DNA of 64,000 nucleotides from Cyanophyceae cyanobacterium (GCA_050331735.1 JBHJGN010000037.1:52858-116857), one strand, 5' to 3'; shown: positions 8,738 through 20,518, numbered from the stretch's first letter. The notes: generated from the sequence alone by a model not told the origin. Translations and numbers: made by a program.

Positions 8738-9580
8738 CTAAGGGCTAAAGTGAAGAATCCTCGGCACCTCGCAACACACACGAAACCCAATATTGCCGTA
8801 GCGGTAGTAGCGTGGATCGCTGCGGCGGTAAGCAGAACGGCAATACCACGGAGCGCTGTTCCAAGCACCGCCCCGCAGCAGCTTGTTAGTCTGCGTTCCG
8901 CCTGCTCCCAGCCACGCCCTACCGTCTACTGGTGCCCCTTCATAGCTATCATGCCAGTCATCTTCGCACCACTCCCACAGATTTCCATGCATGTCGTGTA
9001 ATCCCCACCGATTGGCTGGAAAACTTCCTACATCCATCATCCCACCTCGATATTTTCCTTCGAGGCTGCCGTTGTAAGTTTTCGTAGTGTCGTAGCTCGC
9101 CAACTCTGCCGTAATCATTTCGCCATAGTGGAAGGGCGTTTCTGTTTCTGCCCGACAGGCGTATTCCCACTCGGCTTCACTCGGTAGGCGATAGCTTCTC
9201 CCCGTTTTCGCTGATAGCCGCCGACAAAATTCCTTAGCGTCTTCCCAGCTCACCTGCTCTACAGGTCGATTCTCGCCTTTAAAGGTCGATGGGTTTCGCT
9301 CTAGCTCCCGCTCAACTAGCGGATAACCTGCCACCACGCGCCACTGCGCCTGAGTCACCGGATACCGCCCCAGCAAAAACGACTCCAGCTTCACTCGATG
9401 TTGCGATCGCTCGGAGCCACTACTTTCTGGCTCACTCTCTGGTGCGCCCATCAAAAACTCACCCGCCGGAATAAGCATCAGCGTCAGGGTTACGCCCTCA
9501 GCCAGTTGTTCGTGCAGGCATTTATTTCTCCGTCTGTACCGATGGAGCATTAGGCCAGAACTGGCAGGAGCGTTAGTCAT
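8738..9580 (-). CDS. Stand-alone FGE-sulfatase/CLec-fold protein
   Basis: RLPSEAEWEYACRA, WGLHDMHGNLWEWC, LLRGGAW...IGFRVCC. ATGA overlap with the upstream Uma2 gene. Confidence 0.9.
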   Translation of the reverse strand: MTNAPASSGLMLHRYRRRNKCLHEQLAEGVTLTLMLIPAGEFLMGAPESEPESSGSERSQHRVKLESFLLGRYPVTQAQWRVVAGYPLVERELERNPSTFKGENRPVEQVSWEDAKEFCRRLSAKTGRSYRLPSEAEWEYACRAETETPFHYGEMITAELASYDTTKTYNGSLEGKYRGGMMDVGSFPANRWGLHDMHGNLWEWCEDDWHDSYEGAPVDGRAWLGAGGTQTNKLLRGGAWNSAPWYCRSAYRRSDPRYYRYGNIGFRVCCEVPRILHFSP

Positions 9581-10203
9581 CTACCAGCCCTTAACACTTG
9601 TTCAGCCGTCAGTTTCAAATCCGGGAAGGTTGGAGAGACAATGGTTTGCTTACCCCGAAGTTTCTGAATTTCATACTCCTCATTCACTAGCATACAAACA
9701 GAGAGGGTAGGCTGTTTGGGCTTGCCAATATGTCGAGTACCACCTAATCCGGCGTAGTCTGCAATCCAATATTCGGGAATACCTAAAACCGCGTAGTCTT
9801 CGACCTTACGGGCATAATCATTTTGCCAGTTGCTACTAACGACTTCCGCTACAAATTTAATCGAACTACCCAGCGTCAGGATCGACTGGTCAGACCAAAG
9901 CAGTTCTTTAGTCAATTCATCTCGATCAACAACTGCAACATCAGGTCGAAATGCTGTCATGCCAGTATTAGAGGGGCGAAATAGACCCCGCTGAAGAACA
10001 AACCAATCTAAGCCTATGCTGTCGATGTGAACACAGACCTTTGCGGTAATGAAGGCTGCAACCTCTTCGTGCAAGCCTGTTGGTTCCAAGTCGAACACCT
10101 CTCCATCGATCAGTTCATAACGGTTATAGCTACCATAACAAGCAAGAAACTCGTCAAAGCTAAGTGGCTTTTGCTGTATTGGTTGATTGATCGCAAGGGT
10201 CAT
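9577..10203 (-). CDS. Uma2 family (DUF820) PD-(D/E)xK endonuclease-like protein
   Basis: RYELIDG, RPDVAV, VAEVVS, KVEDYAVLGIPEYWIAD, SPTFPDLKLT. Confidence 0.9.
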   Translation of the reverse strand: MTLAINQPIQQKPLSFDEFLACYGSYNRYELIDGEVFDLEPTGLHEEVAAFITAKVCVHIDSIGLDWFVLQRGLFRPSNTGMTAFRPDVAVVDRDELTKELLWSDQSILTLGSSIKFVAEVVSSNWQNDYARKVEDYAVLGIPEYWIADYAGLGGTRHIGKPKQPTLSVCMLVNEEYEIQKLRGKQTIVSPTFPDLKLTAEQVLRAGR

Positions 10204-10428
10204 AGGTCAAATTAGCCTAATTATTGCCCTCAGTCTACCAAATTGAACATAGGGCAATTGAACTCCCGCTTTAGTCGGTGTGCGTAGGCATGAACGAACG
10301 CTATGCCACCTAATAGCTCACGCTTAACTACTTGATATTAAATACTGATCGCGATTCGATTCCGCGTACCACCCCAGCAAACTGTAAGATTTACTTAATA
10401 CTTGCAGCTAGAAGAGGTATTTGAACCG

Positions 10429-12627
10429 ATGACCGTTGCCAGCGCAACCCCTGCCTTTTGTCAAGGAATTCAGTATTTTAGTGAAACTCTGCCCCAACTC
10501 GACCAATATGGAACAGAACCAGTAATCAAGCAAGGAGAGACCAAAATTGCCTCTGCCACCGATCCAGGAGCCGTTTATCAAACTCTCCTCGCTGCCGATG
10601 CTTTGCGCTATTTAACTCTACAAACCACCGCAAGCAAAGCATCAGGGCATCCCGGCGGCTTTGCCAGTATTGCCGAGGGCATTGCGTCTCTAGTGATGTT
10701 GGGCTACAAAAACCTGATTACCGAAGTCGGCCATCATGCCCCCGGTTTCTACAGCAATATGTTTTTAGACCGCTCCCTAGAAGAGATGGGCATTGAAACC
10801 GTACAGCAGCTACGGGAACGGTTTCGGGAAATGCACGGTCTTCTGGGGCATCTTTCTGGGCAGATTCCCGGTTTGCTCAGTCCCGCCGGACCACTAGGGC
10901 AGGGGCAGCATTTTGCGATGGCGGGAGCGAAACTCCATCCCGACGTTCTCTTTCCGGTCACTATTGGCGATGGCGGCATCGGTGAACCCTACGTAATGAG
11001 CAGCTTCGGGCATTTTCATACTGCGTATCCCCACATCACCAACTTTCTGCCGATTCTGGTTTGGAATGGCTACTCTCAAGAACACCACAGCATGGTTTCG
11101 ACTAAACCTAATGAGGAGATGATCGAATACTGGGAGGGGAACGGATTTAAAGAAATTATCTTGGTGAATGCCAAGGACTACGACGATACGAATCAACCCG
11201 GTGATTATGTAGACAGCACCAAGTTCTCCTTTTCCAAGCGCCTGGAATTTACCCAAGCTGTCCTCGAGGCGACAGATAGGGCTGCTAAATCTGCCCTTGG
11301 CGGTACGCTGACGGTCCTCATTATTAAACAGCTTAAAGGCGCTGGAGTCCACGCGCAAGGCTCCAAATCTCACAACCTCTACGGCTACCATACCCTAGAT
11401 AACGAAGACATTGTTAGTGCCCTAAAAACTCGCGCCCTGCCGCCCCAAGCCTGGGAAATTGTCAGAACGAACTTTGAACGAGCAGGCGGTGGTCCGGCAG
11501 TGAGTCACGTGGTCACTGAAAAAGAGCTACCGCTCCCGGACTTGGGCAAATTACCTCTCCAAGAATTTGAAGTTAAAGGCGAGAAGCAGGTAGCAACGAC
11601 GGCAATGGGAAATTTAGTGGCTCATGTGGGCAAAAAAGACCCTAACTTTATCATTACCAATGCTGATGGCAATGCCGCTTCTGGTATTAACAACGTCAAT
11701 ATAGCGCTGACTATTCTGCACCCTACCTCCGACGATACTTACTACCAGGGACCAAAAGGACAGGTATATGAGCCGTTGAGCGAAGATGCCTGTGCCGGAC
11801 TAGCAGCAGGATCAGCTCTCTTTGGAGGACGTACGCTCTGGTGTTCCTACGAATCCTTTGCCGTCAACGGCTTACCGATTTGGCAAACCGTTACTCAGGC
11901 CATGGCAGAACTGCGCCGTGCAACGCCTTCTACCATTACTCTGTTTACTGCCGGGGCATTGGAACAAGGGCGCAACGGCTGGACTCACCAGCGTCCCGAA
12001 ATTGAAAATTACTTTGCCGCGATGATGCGCAACGGCAATATCTTCCCGCTGTTTCCCACAGATGCTAACAGTATTCAAGCCTGTTACGAGTGGGCGCTCG
12101 GAACGAAAAATAAGGGCATTACGATTACGGCCAGTAAGTCACCTCTACCCGTATTAACCACCTTCGACCAAACCAGACAGGCATTGCAGGATGGCGGCGT
12201 GGTGCTGCACGAAAGCGAAGGTCGGAAAAAAGTGGTGTTTGCCGTGATTGGCGATATGCCCCTCATTCCAGTATTTGATGCCGCTACCCATTTAGAGAAC
12301 GAAGGCATTGGGGTGCGCATTGTTTCCGTCATCAGTCCTCGTCGCCTGTATCGTCCGAGCGATGTTGCCTGGGAAACTTGCGCTGAAGCCGATAGCCATT
12401 TCCTGGATGATGAGGGGTTTGAGCGGCTATTTGGCGGGGATGGCTTAGTGGGAGTTACAGGCGGCGCTAGCGCCATGCTGGAACCCGTTATGCTCAGAAG
12501 TCCCGTCAAGCGAGATACATTTGCCTGGAAACGAGGGGAAACGGCATCGAGTGCCAGTCAAGTGATGGAGTTCAACGGGTTAACGGCGGAAGCGTTAGCC
12601 CAGCGAGCTGAGCAGTTAATTCAGTAG
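10429..12627 (+). CDS. Phosphoketolase/transketolase-like ThDP-dependent enzyme (cyanobacterial type)
   Basis: SGHPGG, GPLGQG, GDGG...N ThDP motif, SYESF, QGRNGWTHQRP. Likely start ATG 10429. Confidence 0.88.
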   Translation: MTVASATPAFCQGIQYFSETLPQLDQYGTEPVIKQGETKIASATDPGAVYQTLLAADALRYLTLQTTASKASGHPGGFASIAEGIASLVMLGYKNLITEVGHHAPGFYSNMFLDRSLEEMGIETVQQLRERFREMHGLLGHLSGQIPGLLSPAGPLGQGQHFAMAGAKLHPDVLFPVTIGDGGIGEPYVMSSFGHFHTAYPHITNFLPILVWNGYSQEHHSMVSTKPNEEMIEYWEGNGFKEIILVNAKDYDDTNQPGDYVDSTKFSFSKRLEFTQAVLEATDRAAKSALGGTLTVLIIKQLKGAGVHAQGSKSHNLYGYHTLDNEDIVSALKTRALPPQAWEIVRTNFERAGGGPAVSHVVTEKELPLPDLGKLPLQEFEVKGEKQVATTAMGNLVAHVGKKDPNFIITNADGNAASGINNVNIALTILHPTSDDTYYQGPKGQVYEPLSEDACAGLAAGSALFGGRTLWCSYESFAVNGLPIWQTVTQAMAELRRATPSTITLFTAGALEQGRNGWTHQRPEIENYFAAMMRNGNIFPLFPTDANSIQACYEWALGTKNKGITITASKSPLPVLTTFDQTRQALQDGGVVLHESEGRKKVVFAVIGDMPLIPVFDAATHLENEGIGVRIVSVISPRRLYRPSDVAWETCAEADSHFLDDEGFERLFGGDGLVGVTGGASAMLEPVMLRSPVKRDTFAWKRGETASSASQVMEFNGLTAEALAQRAEQLIQ

Positions 12628-12639
12628 TTTATGAGATTC

Positions 12640-12667
12640 TTGTTGATTGTTGATTGTTCATTGTTTT
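12640..12667. repeat. STRR-like heptamer tandem repeat (TTGTTGA)
   Basis: ttgttga ttgttga ttgttca ttgtttt downstream of the phosphoketolase gene. Confidence 0.6.
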
Positions 12668-12770
12668 TCTTAGCATTGCGCTATCAGCAATCAACTCCGC
12701 TTACGTGGAATAGACTGGCCCTTGCTTTTTAGTAAAAAAAGGTTGCATTAGGCAACAGTAGTGGGAATAA

Positions 12771-13790
<1,020 letters not shown>

Positions 13791-13865
13791 GTTGAGCTAG
13801 TCTCTTTTGGAAGCAAAATTTTCCGAGATGTCTCTCTACCAGACTATAGTTGAAAGAGAAGTTGC

Positions 13866-14141
13866 TTACTAAAAGTCAAGTATCAAAACGAAAGACTCTC
13901 TTTAAGTTGGCGACGAACGATTGTTAAACACCGTCGTCGCATATTACTGGCGCTTGAAGACAGTCCTAGCTTGAAAGCCCACCTCCAGGAAGTGTTTGAA
14001 AGGTGTTACGCTGCCGCCAGACAAGATGCCGCGACCGAAACTGGTTTGCCCCTTACGACTTTTCCAGTGCGATCGCCTTTCACCGTCAAATTTCACCGTC
14101 GAACAGGTTTTAGCGATCAATTTTCTCTCGGCTAAAATCTA
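13866..14141 (+). pseudogene. DUF29 family fragment (5'-truncated, frameshifted)
   Basis: Manual translation LLKVKYQ...SWRRTI...LEDSPSLK...AATETGLPLTTFP..PFTV. No start codon. A 13-bp tandem duplication at 14078-14103 shifts the frame. Confidence 0.75.
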
Positions 14142-14416
14142 GGGCTTCCAAAAAAGAGCTGAGCACCAATGCCCAGTAAGGCTGCTGATCAAACCGAGCT
14201 CAACGCCCAAATCTGATTTGTCTACGAGCCTTTAATCCTACCAACATCTTTAATAGCAGCAACCTTCTCTTCTAGCTTGGCTACTCCCACTTCAACCTTG
14301 CCGACTCTCTCTTCGAGCTTCTCAAATTGAGTGTTTAGCTTACTCTGACCTTCTATAGTTAGATCGAGTTTATCTTCAATCTTAGTAAGGCGATCGCTTT
14401 CGATTCGATTCGTCAT
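14132..14416 (-). pseudogene. Coiled-coil plus C-terminal TM protein (XhlA-like), with in-frame stops
   Basis: The 64-aa ORF continues in frame past TAG as TNQIWALSSV*SAALLGIGAQLFFGSPRF, a hydrophobic tail. Confidence 0.55.
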
Positions 14417-14418
14417 TT

Positions 14419-17046
14419 TTAATCACCAAAAATATCTAGCTGAGCAATCGACTGTCCTTGAGAAGTGGGGCGCGTTGAGGACTGAGTACTGATGCCCTGG
14501 CGCAACCCCAGCGCAATCTTGCTGTGCTTCTCGATTTGCTTCATCACCTGTTTAGCACGTCCAATCACTGAAGGGGGTAATCCGGCTAAGCGTCCGGCTT
14601 CAATGCCGTAGGAACGGTCAGCCCCACCGGGGCGCACCTGGTGTAAAAAGATAATCTGATCGGGCATTTCCTTGACCGTGACCTGGAAATTAGCCACGTT
14701 GGGAAGAATCGAAGCCAATTCGTTGAGTTCGTGGTAGTGGGTGGCAAAAATGGTGCGCGATCGCACCTCCATCGCCAGATACTCCGCTACAGCCCAAGCA
14801 ATGGAAAGACCGTCGAAGGTAGCCGTGCCGCGACCGATTTCATCGAGGAGTACCAAAGAGCGCGGCGTGGCGTGGTTGAGAATATTCGCCGTTTCGTTCA
14901 TCTCTACCATAAACGTAGACTGCCCCGTTGCCAGGTCGTCTACCGCCCCAACGCGGGTGAAGATGCGATCGCAGATTCCTAAGCTTGCCGTACTAGCCGG
15001 CACAAAACTACCGATCTGTGCCATTAGCTGGATCAGTCCCACCTGCCTCAAGTAGCAGCTCTTCCCGCTGGCGTTGGGACCGGTGAGAATAATTAAGTCT
15101 GGATGACCCTCCTGCCCCATCTGCGCTGAGTTAGGAACAAACAGGCCCATCGCTAGAGTTTGCTCGACGACCGGATGCCGACCGTCAATAATTTCCAACT
15201 GCCGTCCTGAGACAATGTCTGGACGACAGTATCCTTGAAACACCGCTACCTCTGCTAGTCCCGCCAAAACGTCGATGGCGGCAACGGCTTTAGCAATATC
15301 GCGGATTTCTTGGGCTCTTTCGCCCACCTCACCCCTTAAAGCAGCAAAAATTTCGTATTCTAAGTTGTTGAGATCTTCTTTCGCCGTCAGGATGCGCGTT
15401 TCCCGTTCCTTCAGTTCTGGGGTAATGTAGCGTTCCTCATTTGTTAGAGTCTGTTTACGGACGTAGTTAGATGGCGCTTCTTTGGCCCGAGAACGGGGCA
15501 TACTGATGTAGTAGCCAAAGGTTTTGTTATAGCCTACCTTTAGGTTAGAGATGCCGGTACGCTGCCTTTCGGTGACCTCCAGGTTAGCTAGCCACTGTCG
15601 ATCTTCTTCTAATTCGCGGCGCATGTCGTCTAGCTGGGCGTTAATGCCGTCTCGAATCATGCCTCCTTCTTTAAGATGAATCGGCGGCGTTTCTACGAGG
15701 TGCGCGGCGACGTAATGACCAAGCTGCTCTAGTTCTGGAGGGACTTTTTGTAAAGCTTTGAAATAGAGGGAATTTCCCTGTGCCGCCAATTCAACCAGTT
15801 CCGTCAACCGGAGCAAAGAATCAGCCAAAGAGAGTAAGTCGCGGGCATGCGCACTGCCGGAGCCCACGCGACCCGACAATCGTTCTAAATCGTAGATGTG
15901 TTTCAGCAAGGAACGCAAATCCTGGCGCAGCGCACTATTATCCATCAATTCTTGGATCGTTTCTTGGCGAGCGCGAAGGCCTTTTTCATCCACTAAGGGC
16001 TGCAATACCCAGCGGCGTAAGGCTCTTCCTCCCATTGCGGTACAGGTGCGGTCTAACGCCCACAGAAGCGAGCCGCTGTAGGCTCCATCTCTAACCGTCT
16101 GCGTAATTTCTAAGTTGCGGCGAGTTTGATTGTCGAGAATCAGGTAGTCTGCCAGTCTATAGGTGCGTAGAGGCTGAAGCGGCACTGCAAAGGCTTTTTG
16201 GGTCTCTTCGATGTAGGCAAGGAGACCTCCAGCCGCCCGAATGCCCAGAGGCAATCGTTCGCAGCCCATGCCTTCTAAAGAGCGAACTTTAAAATGAATC
16301 AGCAAGCGCTGCTTGGCTTCGGTAAGGGCAAAGGGAATTTGCGATCGCAGCGAGTAGCAAAACGTGTCCGGTAGATATTCCGGGAGCTGCTCGGATTTTT
16401 CACCCGGACGCAGCAGACTATTTAAATTGGGAGCATCTGTGGGAACCAGCACTTCCGATGGCTGAAGGCGCAGCAGTTCTGAAGCGAGGGCGGTTAAGTC
16501 CTGTCCTTGAGTGGTGAAATACTCTCCGGTAGAAATATCGGCATAGGCTAAGCCCCAGTGCTCTCCGGCAACAACAACCGCTGCCAAAAAATTGTTCTGC
16601 CTAGCGCTAAGCATCCCCTCGTCTGTTAGCGTTCCTGGAGTCAGCAGTTTTTGAATCTCTCGTTTAACTAAGCGTCGCCCCTCTGCTTTAGCAATCGACG
16701 CATCTTCTACCTGATCGCAAATTGCCACCGCATAGCCTTTCTCTACTAGTTGCCGACTGTAGCGCTCCAGAGCATGGTGCGGCACTCCCGTCATGGCCAC
16801 TCGCCCGATTTCTGGTCCCCCTTCTTTACTGGTCAGCATCAGTTCCAGTTCCCTCGATACTGTGACGGCATCTTGAAAGAAGCACTCAAAAAAGTCTCCG
16901 ACTCGATACAGCAGTAAAGCGTTCGGATTTTGCTCTTTCACCTCCACATAGTGCTGATGCATGGGAGTCAGCTTTTGAGTGTCGATAGTTCGGTAATCAG
17001 TATGAGGAGATTTTTTCGTCGCAATCTTCGGGTTTTGAGCACTCAT
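14419..17046 (-). CDS. mutS: DNA mismatch repair protein MutS
   Basis: [53 protein letters not shown]. Confidence 0.98.
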   Translation of the reverse strand: MSAQNPKIATKKSPHTDYRTIDTQKLTPMHQHYVEVKEQNPNALLLYRVGDFFECFFQDAVTVSRELELMLTSKEGGPEIGRVAMTGVPHHALERYSRQLVEKGYAVAICDQVEDASIAKAEGRRLVKREIQKLLTPGTLTDEGMLSARQNNFLAAVVVAGEHWGLAYADISTGEYFTTQGQDLTALASELLRLQPSEVLVPTDAPNLNSLLRPGEKSEQLPEYLPDTFCYSLRSQIPFALTEAKQRLLIHFKVRSLEGMGCERLPLGIRAAGGLLAYIEETQKAFAVPLQPLRTYRLADYLILDNQTRRNLEITQTVRDGAYSGSLLWALDRTCTAMGGRALRRWVLQPLVDEKGLRARQETIQELMDNSALRQDLRSLLKHIYDLERLSGRVGSGSAHARDLLSLADSLLRLTELVELAAQGNSLYFKALQKVPPELEQLGHYVAAHLVETPPIHLKEGGMIRDGINAQLDDMRRELEEDRQWLANLEVTERQRTGISNLKVGYNKTFGYYISMPRSRAKEAPSNYVRKQTLTNEERYITPELKERETRILTAKEDLNNLEYEIFAALRGEVGERAQEIRDIAKAVAAIDVLAGLAEVAVFQGYCRPDIVSGRQLEIIDGRHPVVEQTLAMGLFVPNSAQMGQEGHPDLIILTGPNASGKSCYLRQVGLIQLMAQIGSFVPASTASLGICDRIFTRVGAVDDLATGQSTFMVEMNETANILNHATPRSLVLLDEIGRGTATFDGLSIAWAVAEYLAMEVRSRTIFATHYHELNELASILPNVANFQVTVKEMPDQIIFLHQVRPGGADRSYGIEAGRLAGLPPSVIGRAKQVMKQIEKHSKIALGLRQGISTQSSTRPTSQGQSIAQLDIFGD

Positions 17047-17278
17047 AGAAGGGTCAGAATTTCAGCACTTCTTCTGACTCTACCTTAAGGCAAAGGGGAT
17101 TGGCAGGGCAGCTTTCAAAAACTCCATAGTCTGCCGTATCGAATGGCTAGAGAACCACCAATTGAATCTCTTCCCTTGTATCGTGAGGGATAAAGCCGAT
17201 AGCGCTTCTCCCAAGCTCTAGATTTGAGAAACCCAATTCCTGGTAGGATTGATGGAAAGAAATTTGCTTGGTAAAGTT

Positions 17279-17680
17279 ATGTCTATAAAATACCTATCTC
17301 GTCTGTTAGCGTTAGTTCTGGCTGTAGTCGTCGGTCTCATGGGCTGCTCTACCAATGTTGCCGGACTCACAGGAAACTATAGCCAAGATACCATTACTGT
17401 TTTAGAAACGATCACGGCGGCCATTGACGCACCAGACGCAGACCCGAATAAGGAATCGCTACAGTCTTTAGCTCGGACTCAAATCAACGACTATGTTTCC
17501 CGCTACCGTCGAGATGTGAAAACAGCAGGATTGCGCTCCTTCACAACGATGCAAACGGCTCTTAATTCTCTTGCTGGTTACTATACCTCCTACGGCAATC
17601 GTCCCCTCCCAGAGAAGTTGAAAAAACGGCTCAAGCAAGAATTTAGACAGGTAGAACTGGCTGTTAAGCGAGGTGGCTAA
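17279..17680 (+). CDS. psb27: Photosystem II assembly lipoprotein Psb27
   Basis: Lipobox LMGC, LTGNYSQDT, SFTTMQTALNSLAGYY, RPLPEKLKKRL. Confidence 0.95.
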   Translation: MSIKYLSRLLALVLAVVVGLMGCSTNVAGLTGNYSQDTITVLETITAAIDAPDADPNKESLQSLARTQINDYVSRYRRDVKTAGLRSFTTMQTALNSLAGYYTSYGNRPLPEKLKKRLKQEFRQVELAVKRGG

Positions 17681-17720
17681 CCCAACTTGTGAATAATAGC
17701 CAAATTACTCAACCGTGAAC

Positions 17721-17758
17721 AAATCCTCATCTAAAGCGTCAGCATAGATGGGGGTTTT
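17721..17758 (+). terminator. Rho-independent terminator after psb27
   Basis: aatcctcatcta...tagatggggg stem followed by tttt. Confidence 0.6.
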
Positions 17759-17854
17759 GTGATCTGGAAAAGATTTCCTCACCCCAGCAAAAATGCAGCC
17801 AGGTGATCGGTAACGATGGCCTTTTTGGGTAACTTGAAATGAAAGGGAGATGCC

Positions 17855-19372
17855 ATGGTCGGAGATCCCGCTGATCGTCATAAAAGAGAGAAATTTGTGT
17901 TGAGATTACGGAGAACAACCCCTCGTCGCCTTTTATCAGCGCTGCTAGCTAGCGGAAGCGCGATCGCTTCATGGGGCTTTATTAAACCCGCCGCCGCCGA
18001 GCTAAACACCTACTGTCAATCCCCCCAAGAGTCCATCGTTACCAAGGAAAATCTGCTCCAGGCTTCTCTAAAAAACAACCTGGATGCCCAAAAGGAGTAT
18101 GAAAGTTTAATCAAAAAAGACGCTGAACAGCTTCGTCAGTGTCGCTCTCAAAACTGGCCGCAAACCCAGGCAATATGGCTGCGTCTCTACGAATGCGATG
18201 CCACTCCCGGAGCCCTGGAGCGCCTGCTGGACCGCATTGTTCACAAGGGCTACAACCAGGTCAATGTTGAGGTGTTCTTTAACGGGCAGGTTTTGCTGCC
18301 TGCCAGCGACAATCCGACGCCCTGGACTTCGGTGGTGCGATCGCCAGGGCGTGAAAACGCCGATCTGCTCGCCCAAATCATTGAGAAAGGACGCGAACGC
18401 GGGCTAAAAGTCTATGCCTGGATGTTTACGCTAAATTTCGGCTATGCCTATGCTCAACGGCCCGACCGCCAAGCAACCCTCGCCCTTAACGGGGATGGGA
18501 ACAACAGCTTGAGCGTTGTCAGCGATCAAGCTTTTGTCGATCCCTACAGTCGGCAAGCTCAGATTGACTACTACGATATGCTCAAAGCCGTCCTTGAGCG
18601 TCGTCCAGATGGGGTACTGTTCGACTACGTTCGCTATCCGCGCGGCAACGGCAGGCAGTCAGTGGCCAGTGACGTTAAAGATTTGTGGATCTATGGAGCT
18701 GCCTCTCGGCAGGCTCTTTACGAGCGAGGACAGAACAACAAAGGACGAGACCTAATCAAGCGATATCTGAGGCAGGGCAGAATTACGCTCAGAGATGTTG
18801 AGGAAGTCGACCGGCTCTATCCCCAAGAAGGAGCGCCTCTTTGGGAAGGTCGCTCTCCCGCTCCAGGAGAATCGAATGCGTCTCTGCAAGCTCGTTATCG
18901 ACGCTTTAGCTCGGACTTGTGGTATCTCAGCGTTGCTCATGCCGCTCAGGGAGTGATTGATTTTCTTGCCTTAGCCACTCATCCGGTTCAGCAGCAGGGA
19001 ATTCCAGCCGGAGCCGTCTTTTTTCCCGGAGGCAATCAGGTCGTTGGCCAGCAGGGGTTTGATTCGCGCCTCCAGCCCTGGAATAGCTTTCCCGCCTCTC
19101 TGGAATGGCATCCTATGTCCTATGGCACCTGCGGTCATCCTGGCTGCATTGTCGATCAAGTGCAGCGAGTGGTAGGGATGGCTGCTGAGCAAACGCAAAT
19201 CACTCCAGCCCTCGCTGGAATTTGGGGAGAATCCTATAGAAATCGCCCACCCCTAGAGGAGCAAATGCGGGCGATTTATCGGGCTGTGCCGGAAGTCAAA
19301 ACGGTGAGCCACTTTGCTTACTCTTGGCAAGAGCCACAAAGCGATAGCGCTCGCCGTTCTTGCCGCTCTTAA
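17855..19372 (+). CDS. Glycosyl hydrolase-like family 10 (GHL10) protein
   Basis: AIWLRLY, GYNQVNVEVF, GLKVYAW, PDGVLFDYVRYP; signal-peptide-like N-terminus. Confidence 0.8.
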   Translation: MVGDPADRHKREKFVLRLRRTTPRRLLSALLASGSAIASWGFIKPAAAELNTYCQSPQESIVTKENLLQASLKNNLDAQKEYESLIKKDAEQLRQCRSQNWPQTQAIWLRLYECDATPGALERLLDRIVHKGYNQVNVEVFFNGQVLLPASDNPTPWTSVVRSPGRENADLLAQIIEKGRERGLKVYAWMFTLNFGYAYAQRPDRQATLALNGDGNNSLSVVSDQAFVDPYSRQAQIDYYDMLKAVLERRPDGVLFDYVRYPRGNGRQSVASDVKDLWIYGAASRQALYERGQNNKGRDLIKRYLRQGRITLRDVEEVDRLYPQEGAPLWEGRSPAPGESNASLQARYRRFSSDLWYLSVAHAAQGVIDFLALATHPVQQQGIPAGAVFFPGGNQVVGQQGFDSRLQPWNSFPASLEWHPMSYGTCGHPGCIVDQVQRVVGMAAEQTQITPALAGIWGESYRNRPPLEEQMRAIYRAVPEVKTVSHFAYSWQEPQSDSARRSCRS

Positions 19373-19475
19373 ATGAGCTCAGCCTCACTGGTTGTTGATC
19401 CCCTAGCCGAGATAAAATCCTGAGCCAAAATCGCCTAATTACTCTTTGTCTCTGCTAGGATAGTAGACGTCTTAA

Positions 19476-19557
19476 GCGGATGTGGCGGAATTGGTAGACG
19501 CGCTAGATTTAGGTTCTAGTTTCTTCGGAAGTGAAGGTTCAAGTCCTTTCATCCGCA
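19476..19557 (+). tRNA. tRNA-Leu (anticodon TAG)
   Basis: GCGGATG...CATCCGC acceptor stem, D-arm GGAATTGGTAGAC, CTAGA-TT-TAG-GT-TCTAG anticodon arm, long variable arm, GGTTCAAGT T-loop. CCA not encoded. Confidence 0.97.
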
Positions 19558-19597
19558 TCAACAATCTTTAGCTAGCGCCTGGGAGGGCCACAGGCGT

Positions 19598-20218
19598 TCA
19601 GCTTCTTGCCTGCTGGGTAAACATTTCTTGTAAAACCAAAGCAGGATCGACATCGTTACCAGCGTACATTAATCCCCAATGGCGATGGGGCCCAGTTGTG
19701 CGTCCAGTCATGCCAATTCGTCCAATTCTTGTCCCTGCCGGAACTTGCTGTCCCTCCCACATTTGAACGCCGCCGTCATGGTCGATGACGTAGCGCCCGT
19801 TCGCGCTGGTTTCGACGTGCCCATCTAAGTGGCAATAAACATGCTGCCATTGCCCAGACTGAATTTTGATCGTCGTGCCGCAGGGCGTATTATCTGATAC
19901 CGAAACAATTTGTCCTGCCCACCAGTTACGAACATAGCTTCCAATTGGGGCCGCAATATCCAAACCACGATGAAACTGTCTTTTACCAGTGGTTGGATGA
20001 ATCCGGTACCCGTAGGGAGACGTATAGCCCTGAAAATTCTCGACAGGGAACGAAGCGTGTTGCCAAGCGTTAGCAACTTCCACCGGTTCTGACTGAGCCC
20101 AGAGGGGGCGTTTAAATTCTCCGATCCACAAACTAGCAACCGTGATCAGGAGCAACAAGAGATATTTCCATTTCCGTCTGAAGCGTTCTGCCTTGATTAC
20201 TAGCTGCATAAATGACAT
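19598..20218 (-). CDS. M23 family metallopeptidase
   Basis: HRGLD (HxxxD), YCHL, TGRTTGPHRH (HxH). Confidence 0.9.
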   Translation of the reverse strand: MSFMQLVIKAERFRRKWKYLLLLLITVASLWIGEFKRPLWAQSEPVEVANAWQHASFPVENFQGYTSPYGYRIHPTTGKRQFHRGLDIAAPIGSYVRNWWAGQIVSVSDNTPCGTTIKIQSGQWQHVYCHLDGHVETSANGRYVIDHDGGVQMWEGQQVPAGTRIGRIGMTGRTTGPHRHWGLMYAGNDVDPALVLQEMFTQQARS

Positions 20219-20319
20219 TCCTCTAATAAATAAAGAGTCGTAGGAGTACCAAAAACAACTAAAGATCTAAACAATCATAGCCAATCTTGTTCGTCTGTCA
20301 AGACTGGCGCCAGCGGCGC

Positions 20320-20518
20320 GGGGAAAGGGGCAATGGAAAGGGCCTTTGGTACGGGGAAAGGGCAAAGGGGAAGGGGAAAGGGGCTTAACCGCGACCAGTC
20401 ATCAGTTGAATGAACGAGTTTGGTTACTGCTCGCTGTTCACTGTTTTCCCATCGCAAACGCGACAGTTTCCCCTTTTCCCCGTCGCGAACGCGACAGTTC
20501 CCCGTCCCGGAGGGACTA
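20320..20518. repeat. GGGGAAA-type tandem repeats with embedded small hairpin repeats
   Basis: gggaaagggg/ggcaaagggg runs; two tcgc-aacgcgacagtt units; gtcccggagggac hairpin. Confidence 0.65.

Noticed and set aside
7167..9580. True formylglycine-generating enzymes
   Set aside because: The catalytic cysteine pair region is replaced by variable sequence and no sulfatase is adjacent; a binding role is more likely.
19558..19600. Integrative element at tRNA-Leu
   Set aside because: No integrase follows and no duplicated tRNA 3' end was seen.
19670..19700. M23 motif HRH instead of HLH
   Set aside because: Both histidines of HxH are retained, so there is no evidence of inactivation.
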